From positions 79,734,001 to 79,798,000 of the forward strand of contig NC_087437.1 in assembly GCF_036321535.1 (NCBI RefSeq): 64,000 nt of DNA, in the 5' to 3' direction. Below are positions 54,162 through 64,000 of this stretch, piece by piece. Both the position numbers and the translations under genes were made by a program. How positions within the stretch are numbered: the stretch's first letter is position 1; the number at the start of each line of letters is the position of its first letter. The stretch is from Camelus dromedarius. Its lineage: Eukaryota. Under the pieces are notes generated by a model. The model did no database searches. It saw only the letters and a program-made list of their open reading frames with translations, and was not told where the DNA came from.

Positions 54162-54541
54162 TAAAGAAGATGTGGTACATATGCATAATGAAATACTACT
54201 CAACCACAAGAAGAGAATGAAATAATGCCATCTGCAGCAACATGGATGGACCTAGAGATTATCATAGCAAGTGAAGTAAGTCAGGCAGAGAAAGACAAAC
54301 ATTCTATGATATCATTTATATGTGCAATCTAAAAAAATGACACAAATGAATTTATTTACAAAACAGACTCACAGATAATAGAAAATAAACTTGAGGTTAC
54401 CAAAGGGGAAAAGCAGGGAGGGATAAACTGGGAGCTTGGGATTAGCAGATGCAAACTACTATATACAGAATAAACAACAAAGGCCTACTGTATAGTACAG
54501 GGAACTATATTCAATAACTTTTAATAACCTGTACTGAAAAA

Positions 54542-54592
<51 letters not shown>

Positions 54593-54652
54593 AATCACTA
54601 TGTTGTATATAAGAAACTACACAGCATTGTAAATCAACTACACTTCCATTAA
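54162..54652 (+). mobile_element. 5'-truncated L1 3' end with internal (TA)n
   Basis: taaagaagatgtggtacat...gcaacatggatggacctagag...cattgtaaatcaactacacttcc; 16-bp TSD aaaata(g/a)gaccatgaa at 54146-54161 and 54653-54668; (TA)n at about 54544-54587. Confidence 0.9.
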
Positions 54653-56412
54653 AAAATAAGACCATGAAAGCTTTTCATTTCATCCTTTGACATTGACAGG
54701 TTGGTCTTAGGGGAATTCTGATACAGCCATGCACAGCATAAGAGTCATTTAGCCAAAAAGAAATAGCAAATCTCCACATTACTTGATGATCCTGTTTCTA
54801 TACCCACCTCTCTGTTCCTCCACCTCTGGTTGTGTGTCCTCTGTGTTCACCCTCTTTCTTTCCCATTTCACTTGAAACCACAATGCACAGAACTTCCCAA
54901 CCAAAGGCTTATATTACTTAAATTCATTAAACAATAACGGTTGCTGTTAATTAAAATTGAAAATGTTATCAATTAAATGTTAAATTCCATCTGTCTTTAT
55001 TTAAATTAAAATGAATATTTCTGGTAGAAATAAAAAGTTGACAACTGACAACAATGCACGTATCAAAACATGTTACTCACTAAAAATTGTTAGAAAAATC
55101 AATTTTTGTACAAAATTTAGATTTGGAAAGTTTGGCATGGGGAAATTCACATCATTATTAAACACAAAAGAGCCACAAAGAAAAACAAAGAACTCTAGTT
55201 GATACAATTTGATACAGATAAATGTGCTGATCTCTGAGATACATCTTTCTACCAAAAGTTAGCCTGCGAAAAACTACCAAACTTTTAAGAACTTAATAAG
55301 AATAAAAATGAAAATGATCAGAGGGGCTGTATAAAAATTTACCATGTGTAATTACATTTGATTAATAATTTTCTCTATTTTATTTCACAAAATTCTTTGT
55401 ACATGAAAATCCATTTACCCAGCAGTGCCCCAGAGACATTTTGCCAATCAGAAATTCTGGCTATTATTACAAGCTGGGGTAATAAGAAAAGAACTCAAAA
55501 AGAAGTATATAAGTAGTTTTTATGTGGACTGCTATACATTATTGCCATGTCCCCTCCCACACCCCCTTAACTCTAAATATTCAGTATAATCTGTTGTTTC
55601 TATAAACGCTTTCTGTAAGTGGTACATGGGAGAACTTACAGACGCGGGAAATATTCCTCATTTGAGTAGACTATGGAGAAAGCAGCTAGGAGAAGTGACA
55701 AATAGGTAGTTTAAATTCAGAATGAACCAGAAATTGGAATTAGAAGTGACTGCACAAATGCACACTCCTGGGACTTCACAGAAATGTTGGGGAAAGCATT
55801 GGATTTCTTATTGAACATAAAATATAGGATGCAAATCAATTTTATATGCATCTCAAAGGAGATAGTAACCTCTAATGACGTCATGATTATAGTCAACACC
55901 AAGAAAATCTATTTACTTCCCAAAGTAGTCCTAATGGATTCCAAAAATATAACTATAAAAATAAACAACCCTATTTTATAAATGTATATAGCATAGATAT
56001 AGCTATAAATGTTCATAGCATAGCTACTTCTGGGAGGAAAAATTTCAGATTTTTCTATGTAACTCTCTTTCCATGGCCCAATAAGAAAACATCATAAATC
56101 TATAAGAGCTCTACATTTACTAAAATAATTAAAACTTTACCACTGAGACCATGCCCCATGCATGTCCCAAATAATCAGAGCAGCTACACAATATTCACAT
56201 TCAGGAAGAGAACGAAATCCAAAGGAGGGTCTTACTGAGTCAATATTTCCTCTTAAGAAAGAGTGAGACTCAGTCTTCGCAATACTCTGTGCTTAGTTCC
56301 TTAATATTCTTATAATGACACACGGGACAGAGAATGTCTCTTTCAATGCTGAGGTTGGAAGACTGACATTTTGAGAGTCACAAATCTCCCTTCATATTCG
56401 AGGATAGAAACA

Positions 56413-56449
56413 GCACCGCTGGTGTAGTGGTATCATGCAAGATTGCCAT
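56413..56449 (+). pseudogene. Tailless retropseudogene: 5' half of tRNA-Gly(CCC)
   Basis: 35/37 match to the 5' end of mammalian tRNA-Gly-CCC as recalled (GCGCCGCTGGTGTAGTGGTATCATGCAAGATTCCCAT); perfect 18-bp direct repeat catattcgaggatagaaa at 56393-56410 and 56447-56464; no poly(A). Confidence 0.88.
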
Positions 56450-59400
56450 ATTCGAGGATAGAAATGGCATTTGTTTTTAGGGAAGACCACTCTTTGATCT
56501 GCCTGGGTGTCACTTAACTGAACCCTTCAATTTACACGTATGTATCCTTCTCTATCCTTCTTGAGGAAAACTTGAGACAGAGGGGTTTGATCTTTGGTCT
56601 ATTAACTTTAATAGGCTTCCTTAGCAGAGCAGTACCCATAGAGAGTTAGAGAAATCTTTTATCTAATTATCAATTTATTTTGTGTTTTCCTCTCAAACAT
56701 CTGGATTTAGAAAGTCATCTCTACTTGGTATATATCTCTCTGAGGAAGACTGTGCATGGCTATTAATGCCTTAGATCAGACTTTGTCCTGAGAATAACAG
56801 AGTTCTGACCTTACTTTCATCTCATGTAACGGAAAAAATATGTAAAGGAATGGCCAAGGACTTGGCACAGCTCCAAACTAGACCAAAACACAATGAATAG
56901 CATAATTTAGGATTCAGAGACTCAGTTTTGATAAATACAGAATAGGATGACTGACTTGTGTGGGAAATAAAAGTCACTCCACACCCCTTTGGTGAAGACA
57001 GTAATGGGCATGAGAAATCCAGGGAAGTGTCTGGAGAAGAGTGTGTCAGTCTCCTGTGACAGAATTAGAGGTAGACTGGAGGGGAAGGAGTCCTGCATTT
57101 CTCAGAGGCACACAAGGAAAGCACATGTATGAGAACTGAGATGTACAAATCTCAGGAGATCCCTATTGTGGGGATTGAGTTTGCCCCTCTCTAGCACAGG
57201 GAATCCTCACAGGAGCCGGGAAGACACCCTGAAAAAGAGGTCTGAACAAGTCAGTAAGTAGAAGTAATTTTTTTTTTTTTGACAAATTTTAAGCTATTCC
57301 ATGTATCGTCTGCTACTGCAAAGTTTCATCAGTCTTGTTAAAAATCCAGCCTTGGCCTAACTTGCACTGCAGGGAGACACAGGGAGTGGAGTTGCCTTCA
57401 TCAAGGCCATATAGTGTCTGGGGTGAGGAAGCAGAATTGGGAGTTCAAATGGCCCAGAAGGGAACATCATACATTGAGTGAGAAGGAACAGGTGAGACTA
57501 GATGGAAATTGTAAGCCATGAATGGCTGAAAACAGTGCATCAAAAGAGCTGCTTTGTTTAGCCAAGAGCTTGATCACCTGGGCCAGCAGTGCTTGGGTGA
57601 CTGAAAAAGCTCGATGGTGGCAAAACTAGAAGAGATGAGACCAGATCAGAGAAAATGGAAGATTTTTACCAGGAGGTATACTTAAAGGGATGATAATTTC
57701 CCAGAAGGAGATCAGGTATGAATCCACCTACTAACCACGTGGGGAAATAATGGGGCATAATCTCACTTGCTAGCACCAGACTGGTGAAAAAGAAGCATAT
57801 GTTTAAACAATGAAGGATGGGTAAAAACTCTCCAAAGATGTGCATACAGTTGCTTTAAGCTGACACACAGCTTCCACAACAGCAGCAAGTACATCTAAAA
57901 GCAATGGTTGGGTTTTACTCTTGGCTGACCAATGTAGAACTACCACACCTAACCTTTCCTTCTGAGCAACCCAAATTTTGTTCATCCCTGCCACTCACTG
58001 CCCAGTCCTGCTACTAGATCTGGCATCCATCCTCACTGTGCCCTTCACACGCAAGGCATGAGTTTACTTTTAATTTGCTTGGTTTTCTAATTCTACTATC
58101 CCTTCCAAGGTAAGGTTTCCACAGAATGCCTTAGGAATGGCTTCCCTTTGCTTCAACTTTCCAGGGATCCTTGGATGGGATAACACCCCTAAGGGTAGGG
58201 ATCCTGGCTAGAGAGAAGAACCCAAGCCTAAACCATAATTGAAGTATACCACGGTTTTCTAAAACAAAAATCTAAGTAATTCCATAGGTAAATATAACCT
58301 CCTTATTAAATATAATGACATAACCAGGAACTGGGAGTCTTAAAATTTTTCTATAGAAATCAATTTCAGTGACTGTATCTTTAAGAAGCCAGAGATTAAG
58401 AGAATTAAGGGAAGCAAACGCAGGGGCAGGGAGCTTACCAGCACACTGACATCCATAAACCAATCTCTTCCGTGATGATTTCACTCACAAAAAGGGGGCA
58501 TTTCTGCACTCTTGATAGGAATCTCCTTGCGTTCTTGACCGAATGCTCAGATTAATTGTAATGCTTAACTTCAAAATTTTTCTACAGCAAATTTTGTACT
58601 TTACATGTTTGCATTTCATTTTGGAGTCATAAAAGAGTATCTACTATTTCCTCCTCAGTATCTATTATAGTGGATTTTTTTTTTTTTTTTGTCTTCTTTC
58701 TTTAGTCTGGAAGTTTTTGGCTAATTTCCTCTCTCTTTATAGTAATGCTTTTTTAGCCTCCAGTAATCACTATGTCTCCCTTTTAGCTGTGCTCAAAGAC
58801 ATCAAGCCACTTGTCCAAGAGTGTTCCTCATAATTAAACATATTATTCTTTTTTAAATCAGTGATAAATAATCCTTGCCTCAATTATTTATTTAGTTAAG
58901 TCTCATCACTTAAAATATCCACAATTAAATGTAATTTGGCCTTAGACTGGGTCTTTTTTTTTTTTTTTTTAAAGAAGTCTCCCTGATAGCTAGTATAAAA
59001 GAAATGCTTTTCTTTCAGAATCCCACTCGTTTAGCAACAAACACCAAAGCCTTAGTGCTTGGCTTTATTTGTTGTTACTAAATCCATGTTGCTTATTGAT
59101 TGACTTTCCAACACCATTAGATAATCAGAGATTTTCTCTTCTCTGCAGGCTAAATGGGATCCCAGGAGAGCTTCATGAAGTACACAGGCTTCTGTTGGGA
59201 GCAGAAGGCAACAGGACTGTGTAAAGAAATTATTGGTAAGGGAAATGGGAGAAGATACTCTGTTAAAAGGAATTTATTGAACAATTTATTGGCAAGGCTT
59301 GGCTTGAGCCATTCACAAGAGTTAAATATAGAGGGTTTTAGACACATACAAGTTCAATATAAGCCAACAATATGGGAGGAAAAAATCTAACTAAATCTTA

Positions 59401-61765
59401 GGTGATACTAACCTAAGGACAGTGTCGCGTACAGAAGGGTAACAACCCTCCTGGCTCCTGTAACGATTAGACCCCACTTAAAGTAAGTTCAGTTCCAAGC
59501 TGCTAACGGTAGCATTTTGTAATGGTAAGGTAGGCTAGGGAAAGAAATTTTGTTTACTATCTGCTATGTGGTAGCCTGGGCTAGACACTTACACACAAAC
59601 CAACACACGGAATGTAGTATTTAAATCAACCATTGACGTACGTATTCACTTTTTCTTTTGGATATAAGGAAACTCAAGGAAACTAAGTGGCAGAAATTGT
59701 AAAGAACAAAAATCGAATGAACAAAACCATGTTCTTGAATTTTTTAGCACTGACAAATAAAAGTGACCTACATATGTAAAAATGAAAGAATGATTAAAAA
59801 ACAAGTATGACAAATACATGTAATAGACACAACAGCATATCCCCCTTTGCAAGGATTATTCTTCTCTGCTATCCATCACAGAGGAAAGGCATCATTTTAT
59901 ATCCCTCTCAACCGTTGGACTTGGAAGGGTTCTCAAGCGCTGTGTGTCCTCATGGCTGATTCCCGAACTGTGATCACCTGCTCTGTGCTAATCAGTCACC
60001 ATCCTGAACTTCTCTATACAGAGGCCTTCCTCTCAATGGGTAATTGCAGGGGATAAGTAAAAAGCAGACCTCACAAGACTATCTTGAGGTTCATGCTTTT
60101 AATGAAGTACCGGGCTAATTAAAAGGAACTACACCGTGAGAGAAACAGCTTACACCTATTCATTAATTATTACTGTTCCTATATTCCAAAGCAGAAGAAC
60201 CTAATAAACAAAGCCATCCCCAGAAGATTCCTTTATGAACATCTGCCACCATGAATCCAAGTACTAGCCACACCTCCTGGGTAGAGTATATGGGCAAGAA
60301 AGCTTAAGTTAAAAGACAAATTAATCTGTCAGTTTAACTGACCGATGCAGCTTGAGCCCAAAGTTTATCATGCTTCTATGATATTAATTGTAAAAAAAAG
60401 CTTGTGATAAAAACATTTACAGTGTTCCTGAATATAATGAACATTTCTATCTCTAAATTCAAATATTTTGTTGTCAGTACCAAAAAAGGAAATCTTTCAT
60501 AAAGAGATACCTTTACTGAAGGTGAGTATTTAATATCCTATATTGCTTTGTAAAGTATTTTCTTTTGATTTATTTGTTTCTAGATTCATACTGCTTCTCA
60601 ATTTTATAATTTATAAAGAATTTAACAATAGTTTACAAAATTTCAATATTCTCTCTACTATAAATTACTGCTATTTCTAAATCTAATTATTATTCAACAA
60701 TTTCTATGGCTTCTATAACCAACTTTTTCTAGAAGAGTCTGTTTCATCTTTTTTAGATCTTGTTCTCCTTAAACTATTTTAAAATGTCCTTTGTGCTCTC
60801 TTTAACCTCTTTGCTGGTATTTTCTCTTTCCTAGTAGCTATAAAGGATATCAGCTATTTTTAAATTACCTCTCTAACTTCATCATCTTCTATAACCATCC
60901 AAGTTAAATCTACAGTTTTTTAATGAAGACATTTATTTCCCTGTTGATTTCCGATAATTTCATGGTAAAGGCCTATTGGAAATTTCCAGCTTTTCATTGG
61001 CAGAACTGTAATCTGTTCTGCTTTAGTAATGGTATCCTTTAGAATACTCATGAATTTTAATATTTCCTCTCACTGAAACATCATAAGTAGATACTTTAAT
61101 CCCTGCAAATTTGATTTATTGGAAGCTAATGGTATTGAAACGGTGTTGTATGTGATTGTATATTTAATATTCTAAATTTTAATATCTTGTAGGCTCTCAG
61201 TGAGAAGCTTGCCTGATTGTGATAAAAGTATCCTGATGTGAGGCTTTAGAAGTTCCTGTTTCTTGCCTTGGTAGGAGGATTCCAATGCTATATTGAACAA
61301 GTATAAAGCTACCTTATCTCTCTAGCTCTCCAAAGGTCATTCACATCATAACCAGGGGTTTTAAGATCTCTGTATTTGTTATTGATTTATTTAGAATTTG
61401 ACACAATAATCTCTGAAAAATAGTCACATTAATTAGGTAACTCAGTAGTTAATTCAGATGGTAGCCTGTTATATCAGTATTAACATTCTGAGAAGAAAAT
61501 GGCCATGAATTCACACACTTTCTCATTTACATTCACTTACATTTGCATTACATTCTTGTGCCTTTTCTACCCACATTCATTGTACTTTTTTCTTTTGCAT
61601 ATTGAATATAATATGTTCCTTTCTCATTTCAATTTGGTACATCTGAAGAAGTCCTTCTGGTCAAGAAGCATTGATATTAAGAATGAGTAAAGTAGGATAT
61701 TTTCATTTATATTACTGATAAACAGAGTATCTCTCTTCACTACATGTCTAAAAATTGATATACGC

Positions 61766-61836
61766 TATATTTTTTGGTCAAGGTTCTCCAGTGAAACAGA
61801 ACTAATAGGATGTGTGTATAGTGTTATGTGTGTGCA

Positions 61837-61890
<54 letters not shown>

Positions 61891-62213
61891 GATACAGATA
61901 TACAGATGTATGTGAGATTCATTATAAGAAATTGACTCATGTGACTATAGATACTGGCAAGTCCAAAGTCTGCTGTGCAGACTGGCAAGTTGGAGCTCTA
62001 GATGAATCTAGGTACAAATGAAGTCTGAGGGCAGTCTGCTGAATTCCCTCTTGCTCTGGGAGAATGGTCTTTTTGTTCTATTCAAGTCTTCAACTGATTG
62101 GGTGGGGCCTTTCTACATTATGGAGGGAAATCTGCTTACTCAGAGTTCATCAGTTTAAATGTTTATCCCACCCAGCTACACCTCCAACTTAACACATAAA
62201 ATTAACCATCACA
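61766..62213 (-). mobile_element. MLT2 (ERVL) solo LTR with internal (GT)n
   Basis: ggttctccagtgaaacagaactaatagga...ggcaagtccaaagtctgc...acataaaattaaccatcaca; flanks tacgc and catgc. Confidence 0.85.
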
Positions 62214-62699
62214 CATGCATTAAGATGACAGATATAACATCTCAGATATTCTTGATCTTGTTATCTCAGCTAATAGAAACTAAATTACATATGTGATCTA
62301 TACTTTCCCAGTAGTGACTTCTTTGTGGTAACCTGGGACAATAGTCCATAGTCTAGACAATGCCATGGCACACAACCAGCCACTTTATCACATTAACATC
62401 AGTTCAGATTCAGATTGGCATTACCTCTTACTCCAGAATTGAGTAAAATGCACCAGCATAGAACCCTGGGACAGTTTTCCTAGCAAAGGATATTTTTTAA
62501 ATTAGTCAACAGAAAAGTTTATTCCTTAGTTGGTCAGTAAGCTCATAATCACCCTGTTTAGTAGGATTAAAAAAGAATCTAAATCATCTTCTTTGTCTTT
62601 CTAAATTAGATGTAAAGTACTGGTATATTAACATAATAAACACATCCCCTTTGCCTCTTTCTTACATACTTAAGTAGGTAAAGATTTTACAACATTATT

Positions 62700-62900
62700 C
62701 TGTCACTTTGTACTTTAAGACCCAACATTCAACATTGTCTCACTTGGTCTTCATAGCAATCATATAAGGTAAATAAGAAAATACGGGATTTTCACTACTT
62801 TATTGTTCTGAAAACAGAAACAGAAAGGTTAATAAATTTCTCAAGATTGTCCACCTGGTGACCAAGACTTAACTAGAAGGCAAGAGTCTTTATTATTATT
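62700..62900 (-). mobile_element. MIR fragment
   Basis: tcttcatagcaatcatataaggta...gaaaacagaaacagaaaggttaataaatttctcaagatt. Confidence 0.5.
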
Positions 62901-63491
62901 TCAGTACTCCCTTTTTTGGCCATATTACACTGAATTTTAACTGATCAGTTGAGTATCATACATCAATTAGATAAACTTGAATTCTTCACCTTGTCCTCTA
63001 GATGAAAAATAATTTAAAAATTGTCTTTCCATTTCATTATCAAATCATCATCCAAGAATAATTTTATATATTCAGCATCTACCACATACAACGCATTCCA
63101 TTACATCAACTATTTAACGGCCACCCCAAAAGATTCTAAAGTTCCTGTGAAATCCCAACAACATGAGTGTGTAGATAAATGGGAAGCTAAATTGGGACTA
63201 TAGATGTAGGTACCACTAGAAAGCGAGTCTGTCATGATCGCTTTTTTCACATTATTGTTCCAGAATTTTCATTGAAATGCTAAGTCAGCAGGGTTTATCT
63301 ACAGTATCATATTTCTCCCCAGATTTTGCAAGGCAATTTATTGAGACCATAGTGTGTGTGTCCATGTGAGCTCCATTTGCCTTCCATACACCTTCAAACT
63401 CAAGGCACGGGCAGGTAATGTACTTCCTTGCTTCATGAGGTTTAAAAGGGTTGAAAGCAAAAGCTGTCTAGTAATAGAACTGCTTCATATA

Positions 63492-63974
63492 AAGCTATTC
63501 TTCAATTTACTTTGGAATTCTGGTCCAATAAGCCCATCCTACATAGAAAATATTTTTAGTCAAAAATGCATTAAATACACCTCACCTCCTGAGCATCATA
63601 GCTCAGCCTAGCCCACCTTAAACGTGCTGTCAGAACACTTACATTAGCCTACAGTTGGACAAAATCATCTAACACAAAGCCTGTTTTATGATAAAGTGTT
63701 GACTATCTCTTGTGATTTATTGAATACTGTACTGAAAGTGAAAAACAGAATGCTTCTGAGTGTATCTATGTTCTGCCCTCATGATCGTGATGATGTGGTT
63801 GACCGGGAGCTGTGGCTCACTGCTACTGCCCAGACTCACCAGAGAGAGTACTGTACAGTGTATCAGTAGTCTGGGGAAAGACCAAAATTTAAAGTTTGAA
63901 GAACAGTTTCTACTGAATGTCTGTTACTTTTCCTCCATCGAAAAGTCGAAAAATTCTAAGTCAAGGATTGTCTG
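63492..63974 (+). mobile_element. Tigger5/MER47-family MITE
   Basis: aaaatgcattaaatacacct...cagaacacttacattagcctacagttgg..aaatcatctaacacaaagcct...aaagtcgaaaaattctaagtcaaggattgtctg. Confidence 0.85.
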
Positions 63975-64000
63975 CTTTTGGTTAAAGCCTACTCTTATTA

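Noticed and set aside
55875..55884. Perfect CRE palindrome atgacgtcat
   Set aside because: A single short motif in 64 kb with no supporting promoter context.
56560..57960. Purine-rich stretch possibly derived from an old LTR
   Set aside because: Could not define termini or family by eye; left uncalled.
58436..58505. Minus-strand donor ctg|gtaagc with a short open frame
   Set aside because: No convincing acceptor pyrimidine tract and no recognisable peptide.

Overview
AT-rich mammalian (eutherian) genomic DNA, intronic or intergenic, with no recognisable intact host protein-coding gene. Every ORF I can recognise is LINE-1 derived, and the short ORFs look like noise. The window is dominated by transposable elements: ancient MIR, L2, MER5/MER20, MLT, LTR16, MER68, MER21 and Tigger relics, plus several generations of L1. 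The young L1s look cetartiodactyl, possibly camelid; this is inferred from remembered L1 termini and from the absence of ruminant, pig, whale, carnivore, horse or primate SINEs. The most notable structures are: (1) an 83-bp TTAA-flanked piggyBac-type MITE with perfect 13-bp TIRs, inserted into an old L1 ORF2 (9204-9286); (2) a disabled full-length L1 (10490-18194) nested in an older L1, with a 13-bp TSD and a triplicated ~363-bp block in its 5'UTR; (3) a 2.9-kb L1 derivative (47392-50283) built as 5'UTR + partial ORF1 + inverted ORF2 piece + 3' end, all inside one TSD, a candidate non-autonomous half-L1 family; (4) a tailless 5'-half tRNA-Gly(CCC) retropseudogene with an 18-bp TSD (56413-56449); and (5) candidate spliced exons in a repeat-poor island at about 42-44.3 kb. 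Repeat family names come from memory of consensus sequences, not a database search, and boundaries of old elements are approximate.
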